64,000 bases of DNA from Candidatus Latescibacterota bacterium (GCA_965205485.1 OZ242180.1:4512001-4576000); one strand, 5' to 3'. Numbered from the stretch's first letter, positions 19,435 through 29,803 are shown. The notes: generated by a model from the sequence alone, not told the origin. A program made the numbers and translations.

Positions 19435-20118
19435 ATGTCCCACATCCTGCTGCTCGCCAGTGAAACACCGGGTAAACGCCTGAAGTCAGATCTGGAATCG
19501 ATCGGTCATTCCGTTTCACGCCTGGCCTGGAACCAGGACCGTGTTGCCTTGCCCGACACCCGCAGTCTGCCGGGCAATCCGGCCGATCTCCTCGTCGTCG
19601 ACGACACGTTCCCAGGCTCCCTGTCCAATCGCGTTCAACACCTGCTGCGGCCTCCCGCTTCCCGAAATACGCCGGTATTGCTGATCACCGACGAAGACCG
19701 CGTCTCAACCATCGACTTCTCTGCCGGAATCACAGACTTCATCACGCAGCCGTACTCCCTTGAGCAGTTGGAAACCCGCCTGCGACTGATCCTGGGGCGC
19801 ACGGAACGCGGTGACGTTATCCGGCTGGACGAACTGGTCATCAATCCGGTGCGATACGAAGTCCGCGTCAACGGCGCCCTCGTGGACCTTACACTGAAAG
19901 AGTACGAACTGCTGAAGTATCTGGTCGTCCACCGGGGTCGCGTCTTTACCCGTTCGGATCTGCTCGACCGCATCTGGGGGTACGACTATCACGGCGGCAT
20001 GCGTACCGTCGACGTACACGTTGCGAGGCTTAGAACGAAACTGGCCGGCTTCAACGGCGCGATTTCCACGGTTAGAGGAGTCGGCTACGGTTTTGACTGG
20101 CCTTCGGCCCCGACATGA
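19435..20118 (+). CDS. OmpR/PhoB-family (GlnR-like) transcriptional regulator with atypical receiver
   Basis: LTLKEYELL, R..LL.RIWG.DY.G..RTVDVHV.RLR.KL, TVRGVGY wHTH. Confidence 0.88.
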   Translation: MSHILLLASETPGKRLKSDLESIGHSVSRLAWNQDRVALPDTRSLPGNPADLLVVDDTFPGSLSNRVQHLLRPPASRNTPVLLITDEDRVSTIDFSAGITDFITQPYSLEQLETRLRLILGRTERGDVIRLDELVINPVRYEVRVNGALVDLTLKEYELLKYLVVHRGRVFTRSDLLDRIWGYDYHGGMRTVDVHVARLRTKLAGFNGAISTVRGVGYGFDWPSAPT

Positions 20119-20216
20119 TTTCGCATCCGGGGCCCGTGGCGCCCGCGGTATCCGCGCCATTCCCGCAACAGGATGCAATTCCCAACACAAGACAACCGTC
20201 AAAACGGAGGGTGAAT

Positions 20217-20774
20217 ATGGATGGCGCAAGACACCTGACAATGAAGGAACTCGAACAGGGTCTGGACGACGTCGGGAACTCACCGGAGGACGAAGGCGTC
20301 CTGAAGATGATCGTGCGTCGACCGGAGGTCGAGCAGCGCGAAGTGCTCGCCGAGGGCAAACTTCATCCGTCGGAAGGCCTCGTGGGCGACAACTGGAAGT
20401 CCCGCGGCAGTTCCCGAACCCCGGACGGATCGGCCGATCCCTACACACAGCTCACCGTCATGAACGCCCGGTGCGCCGCGCTCGTCGCTCAGGAAGACAG
20501 CCGCTGGCAACTCGCGGGTGACCAGTTGTACCTGGACCTGGATCTGAGCGAAGAAAACCTGCCGCCCGGTACCCGATTGTCCCTTGGCACCGCCGTGATC
20601 CGGGTATCCGAGCAGCCCCATACGGGTTGCGGGAAATTCGTATCCCGTTTTGGCGTGGATGCCATGAAATTCGTCAACTCGAAACTGGGGAGGCGGCTTC
20701 GACTTCGCGGTCTCAACGCGCGTGTGGTTCAACCCGGCACGGTTCGGGTGGGCGATATCGTGAAGAAGGTCTGA
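20217..20774 (+). CDS. MOSC domain-containing protein
   Basis: GLVGDNW, GDQLY.DLDLS..NLPPGTRL..G, PHTGCGKF, RG.NARV...G; GGAGG RBS. Confidence 0.85.
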   Translation: MDGARHLTMKELEQGLDDVGNSPEDEGVLKMIVRRPEVEQREVLAEGKLHPSEGLVGDNWKSRGSSRTPDGSADPYTQLTVMNARCAALVAQEDSRWQLAGDQLYLDLDLSEENLPPGTRLSLGTAVIRVSEQPHTGCGKFVSRFGVDAMKFVNSKLGRRLRLRGLNARVVQPGTVRVGDIVKKV

Positions 20775-20799
20775 GGAAGGAAATCGACCACGCGAACCA

Positions 20800-21588
20800 A
20801 TGGAGGCGCAAATGGGATTCAGATTCTGTGAGTCCATGATCCGGGACTACCGCACGCGAGGTTGCGTGATATTCCGGCAAATCCTGCCGCCCGCGCTCAT
20901 TCGCGACCTTCGTCGAGCCACGTCCGGGGCACATCGTTATGCCCGCGAAGCGCGTGGTCCCCAGGCGCAGCGCCTTCAGCCCATCGTCAATTACGACATC
21001 GATATCAGACCCTTCGAGGACTATTCCGAGCTTCCACCGCTGGTCGATGCAATCGGCAGAGTGCTCACACCCGAGCACAGAATTGCCAATAGCGGACTCG
21101 CGCGGACGGGACTGTTGCTGGAGCCGAAGGAAAGACCCTGGTGTACTGCATGGCACCGGGACATTCGGGAAACATCCAACGTACCCGACCCGGATGAGTT
21201 TCGCCGCGTGAACCGCGACCCGCTCTGGTTCAACCAGATCAACTGCCCGCTTTACGAGGACAACTGTACGTGGTACGTGCCGGGCAGTCACCTGAGAGAC
21301 GATCTGCCGGATGAGATCGACGCCGCCGGCGCTCCGCTGCCTCCTGAAGACGATCCGTTCGAAGAAAGGGAACGCGCATGCCTGGAATATACCCGGGCGA
21401 TGCCGCGGTCGGAGCGATTGTTTATGGATGCGGGTGATTTCGCGCTCTACCATCCCAACGGCTGGCACCTTGGAAACTATCTGCCCGGGCGCAGACGGGT
21501 AACGATTCACGATTTCGCGCCAACCTCCCAACTGCTGGACTGGTACGATCGTTGGGAGCGCAAACGGTCTCTGCGGAAAAGGGATTGA
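20800..21588 (+). CDS. PhyH-family dioxygenase
   Basis: WHRD, VPGSH, AGD...Y...WH motifs. Confidence 0.75.
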   Translation: MEAQMGFRFCESMIRDYRTRGCVIFRQILPPALIRDLRRATSGAHRYAREARGPQAQRLQPIVNYDIDIRPFEDYSELPPLVDAIGRVLTPEHRIANSGLARTGLLLEPKERPWCTAWHRDIRETSNVPDPDEFRRVNRDPLWFNQINCPLYEDNCTWYVPGSHLRDDLPDEIDAAGAPLPPEDDPFEERERACLEYTRAMPRSERLFMDAGDFALYHPNGWHLGNYLPGRRRVTIHDFAPTSQLLDWYDRWERKRSLRKRD

Positions 21589-21604
21589 TCGAAAGGAAGC
21601 CATT

Positions 21605-22456
21605 ATGCAAAAAAGCTGGACGTGGACCACGACCGGCTACGGACTTGCCGAGAAGTCCCACGATGAAATCATGGAAACCTGTCGCTTCGCCGGTCTGGCA
21701 GGCATCGAGGGCTCACCGCCCCTGTTCGAAGGAAACTCCGAATCCGAACTTCAGGCCATTGGCGACGGTTATCGATCGGCGGGACTGTGCATCGAGACGT
21801 TTCACCTCCCCTTTTCTCCTGATGATGACATCGCTTCCTTCTACGAAACCGTACGCCGGCGGGCCGTGGACAAGATGCGCCTCTGGATGGGAAGGGCATC
21901 GCTGATCGGGGCAACGGTTGGCATCCAGCATCCGACCACGAACCGGTCGGACGCCGACGTGGAGGGCCTCGAAACCTATTTCATCCAGATCGGCAAGAGC
22001 CTCGAAACGCTCCTGAGGGACGCTGAAAGCCTCAACTTCACGATCGCTCTTGAAAACATGCTTCCGTCCGGCGGCGGACGGTTCACCTCCAGACCCGAGC
22101 ATTTCGAGCGAATCGTCCGGGACTTCGCCCATCCCAACCTGGGATTCTGCCTCGACACGGGCCACGCCCTGGTGGCCTCACGCGAGGATGCGCACCGGTT
22201 CTTCGACGTCATGGGATCGCGCATGGTCGCATTTCACCTGGCGGACAACGCGGGCGACCGCGATTCCCACCTCGCCCCCGGCCACGGGCGGGTGAACTGG
22301 CGCAGATTCTTCCGGCATGCGGCGCACTTAGGGTACAGACGCACAATGTGCATCGAAACCCAGCCGTTTGACTTTGGTCCCGATTATACCGATAGCGCAT
22401 GGAAAAAGATGGTGGCCGATACCGAAGCTCTGGCCGAATCCGCGCTGACGGACTAG
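21605..22456 (+). CDS. Sugar phosphate isomerase/epimerase family
   Basis: IALENM, FCLDTGH, HLADN.G..D.HL.PG.G motifs. Confidence 0.85.
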   Translation: MQKSWTWTTTGYGLAEKSHDEIMETCRFAGLAGIEGSPPLFEGNSESELQAIGDGYRSAGLCIETFHLPFSPDDDIASFYETVRRRAVDKMRLWMGRASLIGATVGIQHPTTNRSDADVEGLETYFIQIGKSLETLLRDAESLNFTIALENMLPSGGGRFTSRPEHFERIVRDFAHPNLGFCLDTGHALVASREDAHRFFDVMGSRMVAFHLADNAGDRDSHLAPGHGRVNWRRFFRHAAHLGYRRTMCIETQPFDFGPDYTDSAWKKMVADTEALAESALTD

Positions 22457-22529
22457 CGATTGCCGATCTGCAGGGCTCTCTGCCCTTACACGCGTAGGGG
22501 ACCCCCGATTCGGAAAGGAACCCTCAGGT

Positions 22530-23318
22530 ATGCAATGGAACGAGAAATATGGCCCATGGGCCCTGGTAACCGGCGCGTCATCCGGTCTGGGCGCGGAGTT
22601 CGTAGAACAACTGGCCGCCAGGGGTGTGAACGTGGTCCTCGTCGCCCGCAGGGAGCAACAGATGGCGGCGCTTGCCGACGGTGTCAGGCGGAACCATGGG
22701 GTAAAGACGCGTGTCGTTCCCGCGGACCTCACAGGTCGCGATGCCTGCCGTCACGTTGGAGATCAAACGAGCGATCTGGAGATCGGTCTGCTCGTAAACA
22801 ATGCCGGATTCGGACTTTCCGGCGCGTACGCGGACCTGGACCCCGATCGCCTGGTGAACATGACCGTATTGAACTGCGTCGTCCCGGTTCTGCTCACCAA
22901 CCACTACCTGCCGCTGATGCTCGATCGAGGTCGCGGCGGCCTTATCTTCCTGGCGTCCACGGCCGCATACCAGGCGACGCCGTACCTCGGCGTCTACGGC
23001 GCCACCAAGGCTTTCAATCTGCTGATGGGAGAATCCCTCTGGAAAGAATACAGGAAGAGAGGCATCGACTCGCTCGCGCTCTCTCCCGGATTCACGAAAA
23101 CCGAATTCACAAGCGTGGCGCACATGAAGGACGCCAGCGGCTTCAGGGAGGCCACGCCCGGCGCGGTCGTGGCCCTGGCGCTCAAGAAACTCGGGACGAA
23201 ACCCTCAGTGATTCATGGCCTCGCCAACAAGATGCTTAACTTCACGGGACGGCTTATCCCTCGCCGTGCGGCCATCGCCGTCACCTCGGCCATGTTGAAG
23301 GGACGAACGCTGTCATGA
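22530..23318 (+). CDS. SDR family oxidoreductase
   Basis: TGASSGLG, NNAGFG, YGATK. Confidence 0.92.
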   Translation: MQWNEKYGPWALVTGASSGLGAEFVEQLAARGVNVVLVARREQQMAALADGVRRNHGVKTRVVPADLTGRDACRHVGDQTSDLEIGLLVNNAGFGLSGAYADLDPDRLVNMTVLNCVVPVLLTNHYLPLMLDRGRGGLIFLASTAAYQATPYLGVYGATKAFNLLMGESLWKEYRKRGIDSLALSPGFTKTEFTSVAHMKDASGFREATPGAVVALALKKLGTKPSVIHGLANKMLNFTGRLIPRRAAIAVTSAMLKGRTLS

Positions 23319-24433
23319 CGCTGAAAATCGTCTGCCGGGCCTGCGACACGGTACACCCACAGGACACCCGTCTCTGGAGATGCGGCTGTGGCGGGCCTCT
23401 TGACGTCGGTTTCCGGTGCACCATCGACGCGGGCAAGATCGGGCGCCGGTCGCCGGGAATGTGGCGCTATCGGGAAGCGCTGCCGATCGGGGCGGATGCC
23501 CACGTCGTCTCGTTCAACGAGGGGTTTACGCCAATCGTCGGGATGCAGATCGACGGCAAGCCTCTTAACGTCAAGCAGGAGAACCTCTTCCCCACGGGTT
23601 CCTTCAAAGATCGCGGCGCCTCCGTCCTGATCAGCCGCGCCGCCGAACTGGGCGTTGAAAGGGTCGTGGAGGACTCGTCGGGCAACGCGGGCGCCGCGGT
23701 CGCCGCGTATGCGGCAAAAGCCGGCATCGATTGTGAAATCTACGTGCCCGAGTCCACGTCTCCAGGTAAACTTGCGCAGATCAGCCTCTATGGCGCGAAA
23801 CTGGTCCGTGTACCGGGCTCCAGGGAAGCCACGGCGCGCGCGGCCATGGCAGCGGCCGAACACCACTTCTATGCGAGCCACGTCTGGAATCCGTTCTTCT
23901 TCCAGGGCACAAAGACCTATGCGTTCGAGATCTGGGAGCAACTCGGCTTCAACGGACCCGATGCGCTAATCGTCCCAACGGGTCACGGCACAATGCTTAT
24001 CGGCGCCTTCCTCGGATTCCGGGACCTTCTTGAAAACGGGCTGATCGACCGTCTGCCCAGGATGATCGCCGTGCAGGCCGCGAACTGCGCGCCGCTCTAC
24101 CGGATGTGGCGCGATCAACTCGCGGAACCCCCCCCGGCGTCCTCAGGCAATACGATCGCCGAAGGGATCGCCATCGCGGAGCCCACGCGTGCGTCGCAGA
24201 TCCTGGACATCGTCCACGAAACCGGCGGCCGGATCGTCGCTGTTACCGACGCTGAAATCAAGGAAGCCCTGCTGGATATCTGCAAACAGGGCCTGTACGC
24301 CGAACCCACCTCCGCAACTGCGATTGCGGCATTCAGGAAGGTGCCCGTCAGCGGGGACGAGTCCGTTGTAGCGCCCCTGACCGGACACGGACTCAAGTCG
24401 ACTGAAAAAATGCTCAAGCTGAACGGCGAATAG
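23315..24433 (+). CDS. thrC: Threonine synthase (PLP fold type II)
   Basis: EGFTP, PTGSFKDRG, SSGNAG, EPTSA, LTGHGLK; N-terminal CxxC/CxC. Confidence 0.8.
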   Translation: MTLKIVCRACDTVHPQDTRLWRCGCGGPLDVGFRCTIDAGKIGRRSPGMWRYREALPIGADAHVVSFNEGFTPIVGMQIDGKPLNVKQENLFPTGSFKDRGASVLISRAAELGVERVVEDSSGNAGAAVAAYAAKAGIDCEIYVPESTSPGKLAQISLYGAKLVRVPGSREATARAAMAAAEHHFYASHVWNPFFFQGTKTYAFEIWEQLGFNGPDALIVPTGHGTMLIGAFLGFRDLLENGLIDRLPRMIAVQAANCAPLYRMWRDQLAEPPPASSGNTIAEGIAIAEPTRASQILDIVHETGGRIVAVTDAEIKEALLDICKQGLYAEPTSATAIAAFRKVPVSGDESVVAPLTGHGLKSTEKMLKLNGE

Positions 24434-24474
24434 GCCTTCCGCCCCCTCCGGACGCGCGAGCCGTGCGCGCGATT

Positions 24475-25392
24475 TCATGCCGCCGCGACGTTCGATTCGC
24501 CGTCGTCAGCCTCGATTGTCCGGGCGGCCCGCACACCCAGCCACCCGTTCTGCTCAGCGACCTCCGCTGCATGGAGTCCGGCCGCGCGTACCGCCTTCAA
24601 GAGCGCGGCCTGCTCCTGCACCTGTACGCCTCCGAGGACCAGATTTCCCGTCGCCGCCACACGTGACGCCAGCGCAGGCAGAATACCGACGAGTGTGCGC
24701 GCGTCGATGTTGGCGACCACGACGTCGAATTCTCCGGTTACGCATTCAATGGTTCCCCGCCGAAAAACCACGTTGCCGGGATTCCCGTTCAGGCGCATAT
24801 TCGCGCGGGCATTCTCGATGGCCAGCGCATCGCTATCGATACCCGTCACCCGCGCGGCGTTGCACCTGGCGGCTGCGAGGCTCAGGATCCCCGATCCGGT
24901 GCCCACGTCCAGCACGATATCGCCCGGATTTACGATGGCATGCATCATCTTCAGGGCCAACCGGGTCGTCTCGTGCTGGCCGGTTCCGAAAGCCGTCTTT
25001 GGCTCAATGACCAGACTGAATCCGCATTCAGGATCGTCGACAGGTTCCCATGGCGGACAAACCACAATGGCGGGACTCGCGTAGACGGGCTTGAAACGGG
25101 ACTTCCAGGACGAGGCCCAATCCTCCGAAGGGACCTCAGCCACTTCCACGCGTACGGTTCTCAGATCAACTGCATGCGCACTCAGCCCGCTCCAAAGGCC
25201 GGATACCACGCGGCCGCTTTCTCGTTCAACCGGAAAGTATGCCGTAAGCCCTGTCGTGCCGGAAGCCGCACCATCCTGCACCTGCACCCCGCAGCTCCCA
25301 AGACCAAACAGCAATTCGGACACCGTTTCCGATACGTCGCGCGGCAGGTCGACGCGTACCCTGAACCACCCGCCTTCAACGCCGCAGATCAT
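24475..25392 (-). CDS. prmA: 50S ribosomal protein L11 methyltransferase
   Basis: DW...WK..F.P, PPWE, AFGTGQHETT, VLDVGTGSGILS, VVANI. Confidence 0.93.
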   Translation of the reverse strand: MICGVEGGWFRVRVDLPRDVSETVSELLFGLGSCGVQVQDGAASGTTGLTAYFPVERESGRVVSGLWSGLSAHAVDLRTVRVEVAEVPSEDWASSWKSRFKPVYASPAIVVCPPWEPVDDPECGFSLVIEPKTAFGTGQHETTRLALKMMHAIVNPGDIVLDVGTGSGILSLAAARCNAARVTGIDSDALAIENARANMRLNGNPGNVVFRRGTIECVTGEFDVVVANIDARTLVGILPALASRVAATGNLVLGGVQVQEQAALLKAVRAAGLHAAEVAEQNGWLGVRAARTIEADDGESNVAAA

Positions 25393-25427
25393 TCGCGTAA
25401 ACCACTCGAAACGTGCCCGGAGCGTCG

Positions 25428-27083
25428 CTACGCGACCGACAGCCTCAACTCATGCCGGTCCGCTTCGGCCGAGAACGGCAAAACCACGACCAGGCGCGCT
25501 TCTTCGATGTTTGAGTCGCCCGCCTTCCGGTAGGGATTATGTGGCAATGCCGGCCAGACCACGCGACTTCCGGGCGGCAGGTGCAGGCGCCAGCCGGCGT
25601 GTTGCATCCAGGCTTCGCCGGCCCACTCCGCCTTCGAATCGCCCAGCGCCACCGTCGTTCCCGATGCGAAACGCACCTCCCCGTCCAGGTGCGGAATAAG
25701 CGTCACGTGTCCGTCCACCGGCAGACCTGAATTCCCCGTTGCGGTGTACACGAGCGTCAATTCGGTATCCGACGCGACCCTCGCGTCTATACCGCAGGTT
25801 TCCTCACCGTAGCGCATCCGCAGCCGGCCGCCGTCCTCGCCTGAGTCGTACGAGAGCTCGTCCGGCACGTGGATCAATCCCTCGGGGACGTCGAAGTCCG
25901 GGTCTTCGTCCCCCGGCGTGTGCGACAGAAGCGTCTTGTCCCCCACCGTGAAGCAACTCCAAAGCGGCTGCAGCTTTGTGTTTCCGCCGCCCACGACCAG
26001 ACCCGCCCTGTCGTGAAACACGCTGACGAAGTTCTGCCTGTCCTGGCCCCAACGATTCTGCGGGAAATCGACAACGAAGGCCGAAAGACAGACGAACCAC
26101 GGACCGTTCCTGACCGCGGTCGCCTCGTCTCCCATTCGGAAGACATGCCGTTCCTTTCCCGCAGCCGTCTCAACCGCCTCTCCGCGGCCGCCATATAGCA
26201 ACAGACTGGCCGCGTAGTCCGAAGCGAACCCGGTACCCTCCGCCAGCAACAGCCGGTGCTGCTGCGCCAGATACCCTCTGCCCGCGGCCGTATGGCTGAA
26301 CCCGGGATTGCCATCGTGAACGCCGCCATGGTAGGGGTTGCGGCCGTCCACGGTCTCAACGGTACTGCCGTCGGGATAGGTCAGACTCGCGTGGTAGGCG
26401 GCGGCGCGTTCAAGCGCGGGCAACACCGCCTCGTCGCCCGACATCCCGTAGTAAATCCCCAGCGAGTCCGAATACACGAAGTTATAGGCCACGACAGGTC
26501 CGTTGTGCTCCGGCCACCAGCCTTGCGGCGACTGCGCTTGCGCAACCTTCGCCATAAACGCTCGCGACTGCGCACGCCAGTCGTCGCGTCCGAACACCGT
26601 GCCCGCGCAAAACAGGGCCATCGCGTGATGTGCGGGGATATTGTGAACATGGGCCAGGCAGGTCTTCGAAATACCGTCGAACCCCATCAGCAGGGCCGGG
26701 TCCCATCTGGCGCGCGCGTCGCCCTGCATGGCTTCCTGAACCAGCTGATACGCACGAATCCATCGGCTGTAGGTCCAGGGCATGTAGATCTGCCCCCACT
26801 CCGAATAGTCCTTTTTCAGAAACGTCCACTTTCCCTGTTCGTCCTGGGCGTCGATCAGCGCGTCCCCCCCGCGAACGATCGCGGCAAGGACCTCTTCATC
26901 GCCGTGAAATCTGCTTTCCCCAAGGTGCCACGCCGCGGCAAGAGGAAAAATCACGTTCTGGTCTCCGCAGACCCACGGCTCCGCACCGAACTGCCCGTTC
27001 TCCTTCTGTGACGCCAGGATTTGCGGTACTGCCGCATCCAGCGACGCCAGCAACTCCGGTTCCGGTTTCCATACCTCCGCCAT
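25428..27083 (-). CDS. Hypothetical protein, possible (alpha/alpha)-toroid lyase/glycosidase-like
   Basis: Long ORF with AAGGAGA RBS; Q...G.W.E..G.Y repeats, YPDG....DGRN; no signal peptide. Confidence 0.6.
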   Translation of the reverse strand: MAEVWKPEPELLASLDAAVPQILASQKENGQFGAEPWVCGDQNVIFPLAAAWHLGESRFHGDEEVLAAIVRGGDALIDAQDEQGKWTFLKKDYSEWGQIYMPWTYSRWIRAYQLVQEAMQGDARARWDPALLMGFDGISKTCLAHVHNIPAHHAMALFCAGTVFGRDDWRAQSRAFMAKVAQAQSPQGWWPEHNGPVVAYNFVYSDSLGIYYGMSGDEAVLPALERAAAYHASLTYPDGSTVETVDGRNPYHGGVHDGNPGFSHTAAGRGYLAQQHRLLLAEGTGFASDYAASLLLYGGRGEAVETAAGKERHVFRMGDEATAVRNGPWFVCLSAFVVDFPQNRWGQDRQNFVSVFHDRAGLVVGGGNTKLQPLWSCFTVGDKTLLSHTPGDEDPDFDVPEGLIHVPDELSYDSGEDGGRLRMRYGEETCGIDARVASDTELTLVYTATGNSGLPVDGHVTLIPHLDGEVRFASGTTVALGDSKAEWAGEAWMQHAGWRLHLPPGSRVVWPALPHNPYRKAGDSNIEEARLVVVLPFSAEADRHELRLSVA

Positions 27084-27161
27084 TGCGTATCTCCTTCCGA
27101 TGAGGAAGCTGTTTTCAAATTCCCAGCGGACCTCGCGCCGCGTCAACGCCCGATGCCGCGT

Positions 27162-28103
27162 CTATCTGATCCCCGCCGCGGGCGTCTGCCGGTATCGCAG
27201 CCAGTCCACGGGCGCATAGTCGTCGGTCAGCACCGGAACGCCGCGGACCAGGGGCTTCTGATTTCCATAAGGGGTCGCGGGGACCAGCAAGTCCAGCGCG
27301 TCGCCCGCCCTTTCCTTCAACACGCGAATCGCCCGTGCGATCTGTTTGCCGTCGAGCCGGGAACCATCCAGCGTGGCCACGGCCACGATATTGCTGCGCT
27401 CCGGTACCTGGAACAGGTACACCTGTGGAAACACCCGCGTCAATGTACGAATAATCGACAGGTACAATACGCCGGGCCCGAGCGGCGCCACGTTCACCGT
27501 CACGACGCCGCGGGGCGTGAGTATTCCCTTGACTTCATCGAAGAACTCCGCCGTTGCCATATGGTGCGGCATGGAGTCGGCATGAAATGCATCCAGAACC
27601 ACCCAGTCGTAACGGTCTGCCGTTCGTTTGACGAACATCCGGCCGTCGTCGACGTGGATCCTCAGGCCGCCGTCCTCGTCGACGCCGAAATACCGTTTTG
27701 CCACGCGGACCACGTCGGGGTCGAGTTCCACCACGTCCAGGGCGACGTCCGGGCTTGCGGACCGTATGAATCGGGCTACCGACCCGCCGGCAAGTCCGAT
27801 CATCAGCGCACGCTCCGGATTTCCGAATACCATTCCGAGCGCAAGGTACGCCGTGTAGGGCACGCGCAACGACGTGGGGTTTCCAAGGGTCAGTGCGCTC
27901 TGTTTTGCTCCGTACCCGAACCGAAGGTACCGGGCTTCGTCGTCTTCGGAAACGACGATGTGATTGTACAGGGAATCGTGGACGTAGACCAGTCGTTCGT
28001 GCTTCGGTATTTCCGGCCGGACTTCGCAGGCCGCGAAAACCAGAACCAGGAGGATCGATGGCGCAGAACTGAACGAGAATCGATTGACAACCAGTCCTTT
28101 CAA
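27162..28103 (-). CDS. Spermidine-synthase-like SAM-dependent transferase domain
   Basis: S.Y.HI.V, LMIGLAGG, VELDP.V, DDGR.F, D.VVLDAF, LTDDYAPV. Confidence 0.8.
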   Translation of the reverse strand: MKGLVVNRFSFSSAPSILLVLVFAACEVRPEIPKHERLVYVHDSLYNHIVVSEDDEARYLRFGYGAKQSALTLGNPTSLRVPYTAYLALGMVFGNPERALMIGLAGGSVARFIRSASPDVALDVVELDPDVVRVAKRYFGVDEDGGLRIHVDDGRMFVKRTADRYDWVVLDAFHADSMPHHMATAEFFDEVKGILTPRGVVTVNVAPLGPGVLYLSIIRTLTRVFPQVYLFQVPERSNIVAVATLDGSRLDGKQIARAIRVLKERAGDALDLLVPATPYGNQKPLVRGVPVLTDDYAPVDWLRYRQTPAAGIR

Positions 28104-28221
28104 TCTCAGACCTCACGGAGTGCCGCCGGCAGCGTGTCCCGCCCGCCAATGAGCCGCTGCAGGTCTGCACTATATGGTGACGATTCTCAACTTCCCACTG
28201 CCTCGCCCGCCGGAGGACGCA

Positions 28222-28842
28222 CTACGGCGGGTCCCCGTCCGGCGCCGTGCCCTTGTGCGCGCACCACAGCGCCATCGCCGACAAGACCAGAAGCACCGCA
28301 CCGATGAGATGCAGAATTTGCCTCACGCCCATGGCGGGTATCAGATAGAACGCCGTTCCCAGCGTCCCCGCGATGCTGCCCGCCGCGGACAATGCCGATA
28401 CCGTCCCCGCAACGCCCCCGATCCGGTCGACGCGGTCAGCCAGCAGCCGGACGACAAAGGGCGTGACGGCGCCCAACGCCACCCCCGGAATCGTGAACAG
28501 AACGATCGAAGCAAGCAAAGGGCCGCCCCGGGGGCCCAGATTCATCAGGAAGACCGCCCGATTGACCGCCGCCGCCACCCACGGCATCACAATCGCCATC
28601 AGCCCGGCCATGCCCATCAATGCGGCAAGTGGCCGCCCCGTAGGCATACGGTCCGCCAGCCTGCCCCCCGTGTACGCGCCCAGACAGAGCGCGGCCAGTA
28701 CCACCGCAATCAGGCTGCCCCAGACGAAGACGGAACTGCCGAAATACGGCGCGAGCACCCGGCTGCCCACGATTTCCAGTGCCATGAGCGCCGCGCCGGA
28801 AAAAAACGCGATAGATCTCAACATGACCGCACCCGATGCCAA
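28222..28842 (-). CDS. MFS-like membrane module of the fused MFS/spermidine synthase family
   Basis: F.SGA..M..EI...R.LAPYFG.S...W...I, G...GG.LADR, GSI.G.LG..F.LIP..G. Confidence 0.8.
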   Translation of the reverse strand: MASGAVMLRSIAFFSGAALMALEIVGSRVLAPYFGSSVFVWGSLIAVVLAALCLGAYTGGRLADRMPTGRPLAALMGMAGLMAIVMPWVAAAVNRAVFLMNLGPRGGPLLASIVLFTIPGVALGAVTPFVVRLLADRVDRIGGVAGTVSALSAAGSIAGTLGTAFYLIPAMGVRQILHLIGAVLLVLSAMALWCAHKGTAPDGDPP

Positions 28843-29008
28843 TCCCTTCTAGACCACCGGTTAACCGACTGCCGGCCGCGTGCGGTCCTCATCACGGCCG
28901 CCGAAACGCCTCAATGTACGTACAGCACACGGGGCTGCAAAAAGAATTCGCAGCCCCGTGACCTCGGATCATCCTGTACGATTCGCGCCGTCGACAACCT
29001 CACGCTCA

Positions 29009-29221
29009 GAAGTTGTTTTAAAATTACCGGTGAGTTCCCGAGCGCGAGCGAAAAAGCGGCGGTTATGAGGCGCGAGGGGCGCGCAGCGCCGACGGGAAAA
29101 TCCGCCCACATACTAATGTATCGTGGCTGCGCGCCCCTCGCCACTCTTGGGTGGATTTGACCAACGCCGACCGGCGCTTTTGCAGCCGTGCGAAGACCGC
29201 TGGGAATTTTAAGACAGCTTC
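29009..29221. mobile_element. MITE family A copy 2
   Basis: TIRs GAAGTTGTTTTAAAATT / AATTTTAAGACAGCTTC; perfect TCA duplication (29006-8, 29222-4). Confidence 0.85.
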
Positions 29222-29725
29222 TCAGAAGGGGAGATCGTCGTCGTCGGCGCCGAAGGGCGGCGGGCCCGACCCGCCCGACCCGGTAGCCGGTCCGGCTCCG
29301 TTTTCCGGGGACCCCGAACGCGCGTCACGCGCCCCTTCGTTCGGTTGACCGGGACCCTGCGAGTCGTTCCCCCCGGAATCGAATTCTCCCCGGGAGTCCA
29401 GCATCTGCATATCTCTTGCGACGACCTCGGTCGTATACCGCTTCTGTCCGTCCTGCGCCTCCCAGCTGCGGGTCTGCAGGCTCCCTTCGATGTAGACCCT
29501 GCTGCCCTTCCGCAGATACTGATTGCAGATCTCCGCCAGCCGCCGCCACACGACGATGCGATGCCATTCCGTTCGCTCATGACGTTCGCCCGAGTTGTCC
29601 GTCCAGCTCTCATTCGTGGCGATGTTGAAGTTCGTGACGGCGGTTCCGCTGGGTGTATATCGCAGCTCCGGATCCGCTCCGACGTTGCCGATCAGAATCA
29701 CTTTGTTTACACCTCTACGTGCCAT
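29222..29725 (-). CDS. ssb: Single-stranded DNA-binding protein
   Basis: [24 protein letters not shown]-terminal DDDLPF. Confidence 0.98.
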   Translation of the reverse strand: MARRGVNKVILIGNVGADPELRYTPSGTAVTNFNIATNESWTDNSGERHERTEWHRIVVWRRLAEICNQYLRKGSRVYIEGSLQTRSWEAQDGQKRYTTEVVARDMQMLDSRGEFDSGGNDSQGPGQPNEGARDARSGSPENGAGPATGSGGSGPPPFGADDDDLPF

Positions 29726-29803
29726 GATGTATCTCCTATAAATAAAATAAAAACAATCTGATATGGTGGATGGCACGATCCTTGGCGAAATCGTGTTCAA
29801 TCA

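Noticed and set aside
29771..29785. TGGCACGATCCTTGG sigma54-like motif
   Set aside because: The -12 position is GG rather than GC, and it points away from any + strand gene
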